A program made the translations under genes and the position numbers. Below the pieces are notes generated by a model. It saw nothing but the letters and a program-made list of their open reading frames with translations, was not told the DNA's origin and did no database searches. Below are positions 35,779-45,185 of a stretch of 64,000 nucleotides of DNA, one piece after another. Origin of the DNA: an uncultured virus (IMG/VR IMGVR_UViG_3300037470_000488) (lineage: Duplodnaviria; Heunggongvirae; Uroviricota; Caudoviricetes); IMG/VR virus record IMGVR_UViG_3300037470_000488; one strand, given 5' to 3'. Numbering within the stretch: position 1 is the stretch's first letter; every line of letters begins with the position of its first letter.

Positions 35779-36038
35779 AGACCGTCTACGTCGCCATGAT
35801 CGGCGACCGCCCGACCGCCGTCGCGCCGAGCCTCGAACTCGCGCAGGCCCACGCGCTCACCGCCCAGACCGAGTACCAGACGGCTGGCGAGTGGGAGCAC
35901 CGCTGGGACGAGCACTCCTACGACGGACTACGGCTGATGCAGCGCCGCCGGGGCCCGGCTGGCTCGGGGCGCCGGTTCTCGTGGACGCAGCGTTCGGTGC
36001 GCCCCGTCGACTACATCACCGAGGAGAACGCCCGATGA
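35775..36038 (+). CDS. Hypothetical protein
   Basis: ATGA overlap with RBS. Confidence 0.55.
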   Translation: MKTVYVAMIGDRPTAVAPSLELAQAHALTAQTEYQTAGEWEHRWDEHSYDGLRLMQRRRGPAGSGRRFSWTQRSVRPVDYITEENAR

Positions 36039-36403
36039 CGTACCGCGTTGAGGGCCCGTTCCCTCTGACTGTCCGCCCGACCGAGTCGGGTGCCGACCTC
36101 GACGTGTCCCGCTTCCTGGTCCGTGCCGTGTTGGTGCAGCTGTTCGCGGACGCGGCGGAGGACCCGGACGGGTTCGGTGAGGAGTTCGCCGACCTGCACT
36201 TCCTGTCGCAGTCGGCGCAGATCCAGGGCCGCGACTCGCATGCCCGGCATGAGTTCGACGAGCGGGTCGACAAGATGCTTGGCGGATTCGGTGACGGCCG
36301 TATCGACCTGTACACGACGGGGCTCCGGCAGTTGCGGGATGCGTTGGACGAGGTGCTGAAGCCCCGCGAGATCCCCGCGCAGCAGGACCGGAGGGCGGCA
36401 TGA
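36035..36403 (+). CDS. Hypothetical protein
   Basis: ATGA overlap, GAGGAG RBS. Confidence 0.55.
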   Translation: MTYRVEGPFPLTVRPTESGADLDVSRFLVRAVLVQLFADAAEDPDGFGEEFADLHFLSQSAQIQGRDSHARHEFDERVDKMLGGFGDGRIDLYTTGLRQLRDALDEVLKPREIPAQQDRRAA

Positions 36404-36987
36404 GCTTCGCGACCATCACCGCAGTGTCCCTGCCGCCGCAGGTGTACTCCCACACCGCCGAGCACGACGTCACGCTCACCGCTGACCCGGCCCGCTTCCG
36501 CCCGGTCGTCAGCAACAAGGCTCCCGGCTGGGTCAAGCCCACGCCCGGTACCGGACTGTGGACTGCTCCGGTCACCGCCCGCACCGACGACGGCCAGCCC
36601 ACGGACAGTGCGTGGCTGGAGTGGTGCCGAGCCGAGATGGACGCGGACACCAGCGGGCTGTTCCTCACCGAGATCACCCCGAGCCGGGATGCCCGTCTGC
36701 TGCTGATCGACAGTCAGGAGCACCTCGCCGCGATCGTGGACGCCTACCCCGCCGATCTGGGCCCGTTGGACTACCTGAAGCGCCACTACCCGGATTGGGG
36801 TGCGCTCGCTGCCGCCGGGTGGGATGGCGTGTATCTGACGGATCGGGGGCAGTGGGCGACGCGTCTGCCTCGGTCGGGTCCGGATCTGTACTCGTGGGAT
36901 CTGGAGTCGATGCTGTGGCTCCGGCACGCGTACACGGTGGGACGGACGGTGCGCTCTGCGGTGCGCACCGAAGCAGGTGCGACGTGA
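36400..36987 (+). CDS. Hypothetical protein
   Basis: ATGA overlap; KP..GLWTAP, WDGVYLT, YSWDLES. Confidence 0.6.
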   Translation: MSFATITAVSLPPQVYSHTAEHDVTLTADPARFRPVVSNKAPGWVKPTPGTGLWTAPVTARTDDGQPTDSAWLEWCRAEMDADTSGLFLTEITPSRDARLLLIDSQEHLAAIVDAYPADLGPLDYLKRHYPDWGALAAAGWDGVYLTDRGQWATRLPRSGPDLYSWDLESMLWLRHAYTVGRTVRSAVRTEAGAT

Positions 36988-37292
36988 ACGCCCGTGCCCG
37001 TATCCACGCCATGTTTCCGCTGACGGAGTTGGCTGAGCGCGAGTTGGACGCCCGGCTGGACGACCTCGTCCGGCAAGCGTTCGCGGCGGGCCGTGAATCG
37101 GCTGGCGCGGACGGGTTCCACCTCGATGACTTCCGGGCGGTGTGGACGCGGAGCGACGGCAGCGACACGCCCGTCTCCGAACTCCGCTGTACGTGCGGCG
37201 CCCTGCTCCAGTGTGTCGGCCCGACCTCGCTGCTCGACCTCCTGATCGCCGCCACCCTCCACAACTGCCCGCCCACCGGTGCCGCCGCATGA
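36984..37292 (+). CDS. Hypothetical protein
   Basis: GTGA overlap. Confidence 0.5.
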   Translation: MNARARIHAMFPLTELAERELDARLDDLVRQAFAAGRESAGADGFHLDDFRAVWTRSDGSDTPVSELRCTCGALLQCVGPTSLLDLLIAATLHNCPPTGAAA

Positions 37293-37636
37293 GCGCCGGT
37301 CAGCGGTCCGAGATCGACGTCCTGCGCAGCCTCGTCCACGACATCCGCACCGCCGCCCACCGGGGCGACGTTACTGAAGTCCGACGCCTCCTCGACGTCC
37401 ACGCAACGAAGCCCACCGCACGACGTGGCGCCCTGCTGGCTGCAATCCGTCGCAGTCCGGCCGGGCGGTGGAAGTCGGGGCGCGCAGTGACCGTGCTGCG
37501 GCCGCTCGGCTTCCACCCCATCAGCCCCGGCACTGCCGGACACGACCTTGCGGCGCTCGCCATCCAAGGCCACCTCATCCGCCATGACGAGCCCGGCTGC
37601 ACCTGGTACGAGCTGCACAGGGAGGCGACCCGATGA
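37289..37636 (+). CDS. Hypothetical protein (possible winged helix)
   Basis: ATGA overlap; HDLAALAIQGHL. Confidence 0.5.
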   Translation: MSAGQRSEIDVLRSLVHDIRTAAHRGDVTEVRRLLDVHATKPTARRGALLAAIRRSPAGRWKSGRAVTVLRPLGFHPISPGTAGHDLAALAIQGHLIRHDEPGCTWYELHREATR

Positions 37637-37830
37637 CGTACCGCCTCCTCCTCGCCGCCTACATCACCGCGGTCCTGGCCATCGCGTGTGCGGCCGTCGC
37701 CGCCACCGCAGTCCTCCCGATCGCCAATCCGTACACCGCGCAGGGTCTGCGGATCGTCGCCGGCGTCATCGCCGGATGGGCCGCAAGCGAACTCATCCCC
37801 TGCCCCACCCGAAAGGACCACCTGTCATGA
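37633..37830 (+). CDS. Small membrane protein
   Basis: Two hydrophobic segments, GGAGG RBS. Confidence 0.55.
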   Translation: MTYRLLLAAYITAVLAIACAAVAATAVLPIANPYTAQGLRIVAGVIAGWAASELIPCPTRKDHLS

Positions 37831-38087
37831 CCGGCCCCGAGCACTACACCCGCGCCGAGCTTCTGCTCCGCGAGGTCCGCGACGGCCACCAGGAAGGCAC
37901 CGACGTGGCCGCGATCCTCGCCGCCGCGCAGGTACACGCCACCCTCGCCAGCGCCGCTGCCACCGCCCTGTCGGAGCCAAGCCGTTCCGCGTCCCGCGCC
38001 ACCATCCCCGAGTGGGACGCGTGGCAGCAGGCCGCTGGCGTTCCGGCCCCGTCAGATGACTACGACGTGACGGAGAGCTTCGCGTGA
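37827..38087 (+). CDS. Hypothetical protein
   Basis: MTGPEHYTRAELLL..AQVHATLA. Confidence 0.6.
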   Translation: MTGPEHYTRAELLLREVRDGHQEGTDVAAILAAAQVHATLASAAATALSEPSRSASRATIPEWDAWQQAAGVPAPSDDYDVTESFA

Positions 38088-38971
38088 CGACGACCGTTCC
38101 GGCCGAGGCCACCACCTCGGCCGCCGGCCCGGCCATCACCGAGCCCGGCATCCACCAGATGACCAACGAGGAGTACCACGCCGCCCGCGGCTCGCTGTCC
38201 TCGTCTGGTGCCCGCATGCTCCTCCCCCCGTCCTGCCCCGCCCTCTTCCGCCACGCACAAGACACCCCCCAGGAACCGAAGAAGACGTTCGAGCTGGGGA
38301 CCGCCGCACACAAGCTGGTCCTCGGTGAAGGACCGGACCTCGTCCAGGTCGACGCTGACAAGTGGACCACCGCCGCGGTCAAGGCCGAAGTCGCAGCGAT
38401 CCGCGAAGAGGGCGCCATCCCCCTCAAGTCGGCCGAGTACGAGCAGGTCCACGCGATGGCCGACGCCCTTCGTCGCCACCCCATCGCATCCGTTCTCTTC
38501 GACCCGGCCCGCGGCAAGCCCGAGCAGTCCCTGTTCTGGCGCGACCGGCCCACCGGTGTGATGCGGCGGGCGCGGTTCGACTGGCTGCCCGATGCCCGCT
38601 CCGGCCGGCTGATCATCCCCGACTACAAGACGTGCCGCTCGGCCGAACCCGCTGCTCTGGCGCGGGCGGTGCAGGAGTTCGGCTACCACCAGCAAGACGA
38701 CTGGTACCGGGCCGCCGCCCGCGCCCTCAACCTCGCTGACGACAGCGCTGCGTTCGTCTTCGTCTGCCAGGAGAAGACCGCCCCCTACCTGGTGACCGTC
38801 GTCGAGATGGACGCCGAGGCCCGCCGTATCGGCGCCGCCCGCAACCGGCGCGCGCTCGAAGTCTTCGCCGAGTGCACTGAGACCGGGATCTGGCCCGGCT
38901 ACAGCAACGAAATCGCCTACCTCTCCCTGCCCACCTGGGCCGCCATCCGTGACACCGAGGAGTACCTGTGA
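38084..38971 (+). CDS. RecE/exonuclease VIII-like PD-(D/E)xK nuclease
   Basis: YHA..LSSSGA, GTAAH, EQS, RARFD, DYKT, YHQQ..WY, QEKTAPY. Confidence 0.85.
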   Translation: MTTTVPAEATTSAAGPAITEPGIHQMTNEEYHAARGSLSSSGARMLLPPSCPALFRHAQDTPQEPKKTFELGTAAHKLVLGEGPDLVQVDADKWTTAAVKAEVAAIREEGAIPLKSAEYEQVHAMADALRRHPIASVLFDPARGKPEQSLFWRDRPTGVMRRARFDWLPDARSGRLIIPDYKTCRSAEPAALARAVQEFGYHQQDDWYRAAARALNLADDSAAFVFVCQEKTAPYLVTVVEMDAEARRIGAARNRRALEVFAECTETGIWPGYSNEIAYLSLPTWAAIRDTEEYL

Positions 38972-39840
38972 ACTACCCCGTCGAGCGCCCTGCCCCGGCC
39001 GCAGGGCCGGCCCGCATCGGCCAGGGCACTGCCGTCGAGCAGTCCCGCGCCGTGGCCGAAGTGCAAGCCGCGATCGTTGTCGCCCAGCAAGTCCCGCGCG
39101 ACATCAACGCCGCCATCTCCGAGATGCGCCAGTCCTGCCAGCAGATGTTCCTCGCCGAGCGTGCGTTCTTCCGCTACTCCCGCGGCTCCGGCAACATCAC
39201 CGGCGCCTCCGTCCACCTCGCCCGCGAGCTGGCCCGCTGCTGGGGCAACATCCAGTACGGCCTCGTCGAGATGCGCCGCGACGACGAGTACGCGCAGTCC
39301 GAGATGCAGGCCTTCGCCTGGGACGTCGAGAAGAACTCGCGCAACTCCAGCACGTTCATCGTGCCGCACAAGAGGGACCAGAAGGGCGGCCCGAAGCAGC
39401 TCACCGACATGCGGGACATCTACGAGAACAACGCGAACAACGGTGCCCGCCGTGTCCGTGAGGCGATCTTCGCGATCCTCCCGCCGTGGTTCGTCGAGGA
39501 GGCCAAGCAGATCTGCACGAAGACGCTGGCCGACGGTGGCGGCAAGCCGCTTCCGCAACGCATCGCGGACGCCATCCGCGCATTCGAGGGCATCGGCGTG
39601 GTGCAGGACCGCATCGAGACGAAGCTGGGCCGGCCGTCGGGGAAGTGGACGGAGCACGACGTGGCGCAACTGCTGGTGGCGTTCCAGTCGATCCAGCGCG
39701 GTGAGGTGACGGCGGACGAGGAGTTCCCGCTGCCGCGGGTGACGGTCGACGAGATCACGCAGCAGGCGAAGCAGCAGCCGGCCGGTGAGCGTGCCGCTGC
39801 CGACTGGCCCGAGCCGACACAGCCCGGCGGTGGCGCGTGA
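38968..39840 (+). CDS. Putative single-strand annealing/recombination protein
   Basis: Coupled to the exonuclease gene; GASVHLARELARCWGN, AWDVEKN. Confidence 0.55.
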   Translation: MNYPVERPAPAAGPARIGQGTAVEQSRAVAEVQAAIVVAQQVPRDINAAISEMRQSCQQMFLAERAFFRYSRGSGNITGASVHLARELARCWGNIQYGLVEMRRDDEYAQSEMQAFAWDVEKNSRNSSTFIVPHKRDQKGGPKQLTDMRDIYENNANNGARRVREAIFAILPPWFVEEAKQICTKTLADGGGKPLPQRIADAIRAFEGIGVVQDRIETKLGRPSGKWTEHDVAQLLVAFQSIQRGEVTADEEFPLPRVTVDEITQQAKQQPAGERAAADWPEPTQPGGGA

Positions 39841-40139
39841 GCGACCACACCGAAACGGAGGCCCTCGACGTGGCCGCCTACCGGGCCGCGTTCGGCACCC
39901 TCCGCCAGATGCTCGCCGAGTACATGTCCGACGCTCTGGTCCACGGAGACGACGACGAACACCGCCGCGCCACCCGCCTCGCCAGGGGTCTTGATGAGGC
40001 TGGCCTGAATCTCGACGAGCTGATCAACGCCTACGTCGAACAGACCTGGGACGCGCAAATCGGGTGGGCGTGGAAGTCGCCGACCGCCCGCAAGGAACCG
40101 GCCTTCGACAGCCCATGGGACGACACCCCGCCTTTCTAA
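39837..40139 (+). CDS. Hypothetical protein
   Basis: GTGA overlap; acidic DDTPPF tail. Confidence 0.55.
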   Translation: MSDHTETEALDVAAYRAAFGTLRQMLAEYMSDALVHGDDDEHRRATRLARGLDEAGLNLDELINAYVEQTWDAQIGWAWKSPTARKEPAFDSPWDDTPPF

Positions 40140-40225
40140 CCCGCGCATGCAGGTGGCCGCCCCCGCGGGTATCGGGGGCGGCCGGCACCCAGCACACCAC
40201 ACAACCCCTTGAACGGAGTACCGCC

Positions 40226-40627
40226 ATGGGATGGCCTTTCGTCTCCCGCCGCCGCTACGAGGCTGACCTCGCGGCCGTAAACGCTGATCGGGAGCGGGTG
40301 CGCGGGGAGCGCGACCAGTTCCGTCAGGACCGCGACGCACACAAGACGGCTGCGAAGACCGCGGCCGAGAAGTACACCGACGCCTGCATCGTCAACGAGT
40401 GCCTCGCCGAGGAAGTCGGCACGCTCAAGGAACAGCTGGCCGAAGCCCGCGCGCAGGCCGACGACAGCCTGGCAAGCCAGCTGCGGGCACAGCTGAAGCG
40501 GGAGAAGCGCCGCGCCGACCGGTTGCAGAAGCAGTACGACGACGCCGTCGGCATGGGTGCCGGCCGGATCGAGGACAGCGGCCGCTGGCAGCCGGGCTAC
40601 AAGGCGTCGCAGGGGGTGGCGTCGTGA
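40226..40627 (+). CDS. Hypothetical coiled-coil protein
   Basis: GGAG RBS, heptad pattern. Confidence 0.55.
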   Translation: MGWPFVSRRRYEADLAAVNADRERVRGERDQFRQDRDAHKTAAKTAAEKYTDACIVNECLAEEVGTLKEQLAEARAQADDSLASQLRAQLKREKRRADRLQKQYDDAVGMGAGRIEDSGRWQPGYKASQGVAS

Positions 40628-40878
40628 TTCCGGAGGTCACTGTTGGTGCCGCGTCCCTGATGGGCGCCCTCATATTCGCCACCGCGGCTGTCCGGTACGC
40701 GGTCGCTCCGGTGCCAAAGCCCGGCCAGCACCGCGCCCGCCGCCCGCAGCGTGTCCGCCCGGTCGAGGAGTACGTGCCCGCCTACCTCCTCGTGCCCGCC
40801 CAGCAACTGACCGCGTCGTGCCCCGACTGCGGCAGCCACATCACCATCACCACCACCACGGCAGGGGGCCAGCGATGA
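40624..40878 (+). CDS. Small membrane protein
   Basis: GTGA overlap, TM and CPDC. Confidence 0.45.
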   Translation: MIPEVTVGAASLMGALIFATAAVRYAVAPVPKPGQHRARRPQRVRPVEEYVPAYLLVPAQQLTASCPDCGSHITITTTTAGGQR

Positions 40879-41255
40879 GCCGCTACGACTGGATGGCCCA
40901 AGCCCTGTGCGCCCAGGTCGACCCCGGCCTGTGGCACTCCGACCAGGGCGCCAACTACACGACAGCCAAACGCATCTGCGGCGCATGCCCCGTCAAGGTC
41001 GCGTGCGCCAACCACACGGCCCGCCTCGACACCGACACCCACAGCCGGCACGGCATGTGGGCCGGCCAGACCCGAAAGCAGCGCGAAGCGAAACGCGCTC
41101 ACGCCGAACGGCAGGCACGCCGTACCGAGATCGTCCGGCTGCTCGAGCGGGGCGGCATGGACGCCGAACAGATCGCCGACCACGTCGGATGCAGTGAACG
41201 CACCGTCTGGCGCGTACAGAAAGCCCACCGCGCCCAGATGGGAGTGGCCGCATGA
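40875..41255 (+). CDS. whiB: WhiB-family protein with C-terminal HTH
   Basis: WMAQALC..AKRICGACPVKVAC..GMWAG; AEQIADHVGCSERTVWR. Confidence 0.85.
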   Translation: MSRYDWMAQALCAQVDPGLWHSDQGANYTTAKRICGACPVKVACANHTARLDTDTHSRHGMWAGQTRKQREAKRAHAERQARRTEIVRLLERGGMDAEQIADHVGCSERTVWRVQKAHRAQMGVAA

Positions 41256-41737
41256 ACGCCCTGTTCACCCCCCCTGACGGCGACTCGTGGATGGCCCAGG
41301 CCGCCTGCCGCAGCGAAGGCATCAACCCCGAGTGGTTCTTCCCCGCGCAGGAGAACGGCCCGTCCCTGTCGACCGCCCGCGGTGTCTGCGCCGGCTGCAG
41401 GGTCAGGCAGTCCTGCTACGACGACGTGATGGCCGCGGAGGCCGGTAAGGGCGAAGGCTCCCGGCATGGCGTGTACGCCGGTCTGACGGGCAACCAGCGC
41501 GCCCACCTGTACAAGCGGGCCGCGAGCCGCGCCAGGCGGGAACGGGCCGCCGTCGAAGCGCCTGCGGCGCCTGCCGAGCCGAGGCCGTCCAGGCCGAAAC
41601 TCGCGCCGTGCGGCACCCGGTCCGCGTACCAGCGGCACATCAAGAAGGGCGAGCCCGTCGACGACGCGTGCCGGAAGGCGAACACGGACGCGGACAACCG
41701 GCTGCGTCGGACCGGCAGCACGAAGCGCGCGGCCTGA
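41252..41737 (+). CDS. whiB: WhiB-family protein
   Basis: WMAQAAC..WFFP..VCAGCRVRQSC..GVYAG; C-terminal CGTRSAYQRH. Confidence 0.85.
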   Translation: MNALFTPPDGDSWMAQAACRSEGINPEWFFPAQENGPSLSTARGVCAGCRVRQSCYDDVMAAEAGKGEGSRHGVYAGLTGNQRAHLYKRAASRARRERAAVEAPAAPAEPRPSRPKLAPCGTRSAYQRHIKKGEPVDDACRKANTDADNRLRRTGSTKRAA

Positions 41738-41962
41738 TGTCGGGCTGGCTCGGTGGTCTGCAAGTGCGTGCAGGTCAGGTCCCGGTCGCGGACTGGCTGT
41801 GCGCCGCCTGCCTCCTGCACCGCCGGGCCACCGGCAAACGCCGCGTGATCGACCTCGTCACCTCCGACCCCACCACCATCCACCGCAACCAATGCCCGGC
41901 CCGCAAGACCACCTGGCAGCGGCCCGCCGCAACCTGCGGCGGGCCACCCACCCAAGGAGAAC

Positions 41963-43318
41963 ATGATGAGTACGAGACTGACGGAACTGTCGCCAGAGCA
42001 GGTGGCGGCTCTCGCCACTACCCGCGAAAGATGGCTCGCCCACGGTCTCGCGACCGGCCCCGCCGACCGTGCGGAGGCGGAGGCGGGGGTGCGTGATGCA
42101 TATCGTGCTGCTGGTTTGGAGCCGCCGCAGGCTGTGATCTGGCTTGACTCGCCGATGGCTGGCGCGATTGCTGCCTGGATGCTCACGACTGCTCAGGCTC
42201 AGGTCCGGGCTCAGGTCTGGGATCAGGTCTGGGATCAGGTCTGGGATCAGGTCCGGGATCAGGTCTGGGATCAGGTCTGGGATCAGGTCGGGGCTCAGGT
42301 CGGGGCTCAGGTCGGGGCTCAGGTCTGGGATCAGGTCTGGGATCAGGTCGGGGCTCAGGTCGGGGCTCAGGTCGGGGCTCAGGTCGGGGCTCAGGTCTGG
42401 GATCAGGTCTGGGATCAGGTCCGGGCTCAGGTCGGGGCTCAGGTCTGGGATCAGGTCGGGGCTCAGGTCTGGGATCAGGTCTGGGCTCAGGTCGGGGCTC
42501 AGGTCGGGGATCAGGTCCGGGCTCAGGTCCGGGCTCAGGTCTGGGATCAGGTCTGGGATCAGGTCCGGGATCAGGTCCGGGATCAGGTCCGGGCTCAGGT
42601 CCGGGATCAGGTCCGGGCTCAGGTCCGGGATCAGGTCCGGGCTCAGGTCCGGGATCAGGTCTACAAGGCCGTACCCGGACAACACGACGCCGGATGGCTC
42701 GCCTTCTACGACTACTTCCACACCCACTGCACCATCCAAGAAGCAGACCGCCTCACCGGCATGATGCGCGTCGCCAAAAGCGCAGGCTGGTGGTGGCCGT
42801 TCGCCAACGCCGTCATCCTCACCGAACGCCCCACCAGCCTCCACCGCGACAGCCAAGGCCGCCTCCACCACGAGACCGGCCCCGCACTCGCCTACCCCGA
42901 CGGATTCGCCATCTGGGCATGGCACGGCACCCGCGTCCCCCGCGACCTCATCGAAACCGGCTGGGACCTCAAGCAGATCTTCGATGAACCCAACGCGGAA
43001 ATCCGTCGCTGCGCCATCGAACGCATCGGCTGGGACCAGTTCATCCAGGACTCCGGCCTGAAGAAAGTCGCCTCCGCCCCCGACCCGGGCAACGCCCCCT
43101 ACCACCTCGCACTGTATGACCTGCCCGACGAACTCTCCGACCTGTACGACGACGAGGCCCGCATCCTCCTGTGCGTCAACGGCACCGAAGAACGCGACGG
43201 CACTCGCCACCGTTTCGGGCTCCCTGTCCCCGCGCACCACACAGACCCCGTCGAAGCCGCAGCCGACCTCTACGGCTGGCCCGTCGCCGCCTACCGGCAG
43301 ATGGAGGTGCGCCGCTGA
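41963..43318 (+). CDS. DUF6745-like protein with tetrapeptide repeat
   Basis: [47 protein letters not shown]. Confidence 0.75.
   Translation: MMSTRLTELSPEQVAALATTRERWLAHGLATGPADRAEAEAGVRDAYRAAGLEPPQAVIWLDSPMAGAIAAWMLTTAQAQVRAQVWDQVWDQVWDQVRDQVWDQVWDQVGAQVGAQVGAQVWDQVWDQVGAQVGAQVGAQVGAQVWDQVWDQVRAQVGAQVWDQVGAQVWDQVWAQVGAQVGDQVRAQVRAQVWDQVWDQVRDQVRDQVRAQVRDQVRAQVRDQVRAQVRDQVYKAVPGQHDAGWLAFYDYFHTHCTIQEADRLTGMMRVAKSAGWWWPFANAVILTERPTSLHRDSQGRLHHETGPALAYPDGFAIWAWHGTRVPRDLIETGWDLKQIFDEPNAEIRRCAIERIGWDQFIQDSGLKKVASAPDPGNAPYHLALYDLPDELSDLYDDEARILLCVNGTEERDGTRHRFGLPVPAHHTDPVEAAADLYGWPVAAYRQMEVRR
42200..42661 (+). repeat. 38 x 12-bp tandem repeat CAGGTC(T/C/G)GGG(A/C)T encoding QV[W/R/G][D/A]
   Basis: Read directly from the sequence. 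Confidence 0.97.
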
Positions 43319-43372
43319 CCTCGCGGCGCACCCGGCACCCACACCACCCAACAGAAAGAGAAGGAAATCATC

Positions 43373-43774
43373 GTGGCAACTCTCGCTCAGATCGAGCAGC
43401 AGACCGGCGTCAGCGTCTTCGACTGGCTGGCCCGCGAAGCCGAAGTCCCCGTCGTAACCCGTGCGGCCTGCCAGGGCGACGTCAGCGTCCTCCGCGTCAC
43501 CACCGCCCCCGCAACCCTGCCGCTGCCGCAGGCCGGTGTCGCCGTGGTCCGCGGCGAGGCAGGCGGCAACACCCACTCGCTTCACGGCCCGGTCTTGTGG
43601 GACACGGCCGACGGCCGGGACGGACAGCTCGTCCTGGGCACGCTGACCGTCCCCGAGGGCGAGCAGGCGGTCCTCGCGCACCCGGAGCACGGATTCCTCG
43701 CCATCACGCCCGGCACGTACCGGGTCGGGCGTCAGCGGGAGTACGCGGGTGAGTGGCAGATGGTCGCCGACTAG
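43373..43774 (+). CDS. Hypothetical protein, partner of DUF6745-like gene
   Basis: QGDV, GEAGGNTH, HPEH, YRVGRQREY. Confidence 0.7.
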   Translation: MATLAQIEQQTGVSVFDWLAREAEVPVVTRAACQGDVSVLRVTTAPATLPLPQAGVAVVRGEAGGNTHSLHGPVLWDTADGRDGQLVLGTLTVPEGEQAVLAHPEHGFLAITPGTYRVGRQREYAGEWQMVAD

Positions 43775-43899
43775 TAGCACCCCGAGAAACCGGCGGCCGG
43801 CCGACTTCCCCCAACAAGCCGGCCGCCACCCGGTCCCGTCCGACCTCACCCCCGGAGGCGGGCGGGACCGGGCCCCAACCACCAGCAGAAAGGCACACC

Positions 43900-44112
43900 G
43901 TGACCAGCAGCCGCACCCTCTACGCCCGCCTCGTCGACCCCGAACGCGCCACCACCCGCAAGACGGCCGCCCGCCTCTACACCCAAGGCGCCACCATCCA
44001 ATCCGTCGCACGCGAGATCGGCGGCTCGTACTGGCTGGCCTGCACGTTGCTCCTCGAAGCCGACGTGCAGCTGCGCGGGCGCGGCGGCGGCATGCGGAAG
44101 GCGGGTGCCTGA
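43900..44112 (+). CDS. Small HTH protein
   Basis: YTQGATIQSVAREIGGSY..LLLEADVQLRGRG. Confidence 0.65.
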   Translation: MTSSRTLYARLVDPERATTRKTAARLYTQGATIQSVAREIGGSYWLACTLLLEADVQLRGRGGGMRKAGA

Positions 44113-44744
44113 TGGCCCGCACACTGCCCGCCCCGCCGCCACGCATCGCCCGACTCCCACGCAACCACGCCGGATACCCCGTCCCCTGGTTCGTCGCCTT
44201 CATCGACGGCACCCCCGACTTCCGCATCATCGGCGAGAACAAGCTCAACGACGCCGTCCGCTTCCGCTGCTGCTGGCTGTGCGGCGACCCGCTCGGCGCG
44301 AACGCCGCGTTCGTCCTCGGCCCCATGTGCGGCATCACCCGCACCTCCCCGGAGCCGCCCTCGCACCGCGACTGCGCCGACTACGCGGCGCGCGCCTGCC
44401 CGTTCCTCGCCACCCCGTCGATGCGCCGACGCGAGAACGGCATCCCGGAGGACGCGCGGGAACCGGACGGCATCATGATCCGCCGCAACCCCGGAGCCAC
44501 CCTCGTCTGGGTCTCCCGCACCTGGACACGGCAGCCGTACCTCCGCCTCTGGGAGGTCGGCGATCCGATCGAGACCCGCTGGTACGCCGAAGGCCGGGCC
44601 GCCACCCGTGACGAGGTGCTCGCCTCCATCGACTCCGGCCTCCCGCTGCTCCGCGCAGAAGCCGAACGGGATCCGCGCCCGACCGCGGCGCTCGCCGAAC
44701 TGGATTCCCAGCACGCCCGCGCGATGGCGCTCCTGCCGAACTGA
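44112..44744 (+). CDS. Hypothetical protein with Cys/His motifs
   Basis: GYPVPWFV, CWLCG, EPPSHRDCA..ACPFL. Confidence 0.65.
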   Translation: MARTLPAPPPRIARLPRNHAGYPVPWFVAFIDGTPDFRIIGENKLNDAVRFRCCWLCGDPLGANAAFVLGPMCGITRTSPEPPSHRDCADYAARACPFLATPSMRRRENGIPEDAREPDGIMIRRNPGATLVWVSRTWTRQPYLRLWEVGDPIETRWYAEGRAATRDEVLASIDSGLPLLRAEAERDPRPTAALAELDSQHARAMALLPN

Positions 44745-44801
44745 CCGCAGCACGAAGCCCCGCACCACACGGTGCGGGGCGGGAGGAGAGGAGGGGTGAT
44801 G

Positions 44802-44993
44802 TCAGGACTCGGCGATGGTGCGCGCGGCGCCGGCGTCACGTTGACGCTTCTTCCACGCCGTGATCTGCCGGTGGATGTGACGCCGGAGGTCGTCGGCTCG
44901 CGTCGTCCCCAGGTCCTTGCACGCCTGCTCGTAGGCGGTCCACGTCTCGCTGTCGACGCGGATCACGCGACCGGGGGTTCCCTTCGTCGTCAT
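44802..44993 (-). CDS. Ribbon-helix-helix-like protein
   Basis: GTPGRVIRVDSETW..TTRADDLRRHI. Confidence 0.6.
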   Translation of the reverse strand: MTTKGTPGRVIRVDSETWTAYEQACKDLGTTRADDLRRHIHRQITAWKKRQRDAGAARTIAES

Positions 44994-45185
44994 GTCGACA
45001 GCGTAGCTGACCGGACACGCGATGGGCACCACGCCTCCGCTTTCAATCACTCGGTGCCCGTGCGGTGTAGGGGCACCCGGGGTAGTATGGGACAAGCCGG
45101 AAGGGCGATCACCGCCCCGACGAAGCCGCCATGAGCGCTGCCCAAAACCAGGCCATGACCAGCAACGACGGCGAGAGAAGAGCAC

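Noticed and set aside
42200..42661. CRISPR or TIGR array
   Set aside because: Contiguous 12-bp in-frame coding repeat with no spacers
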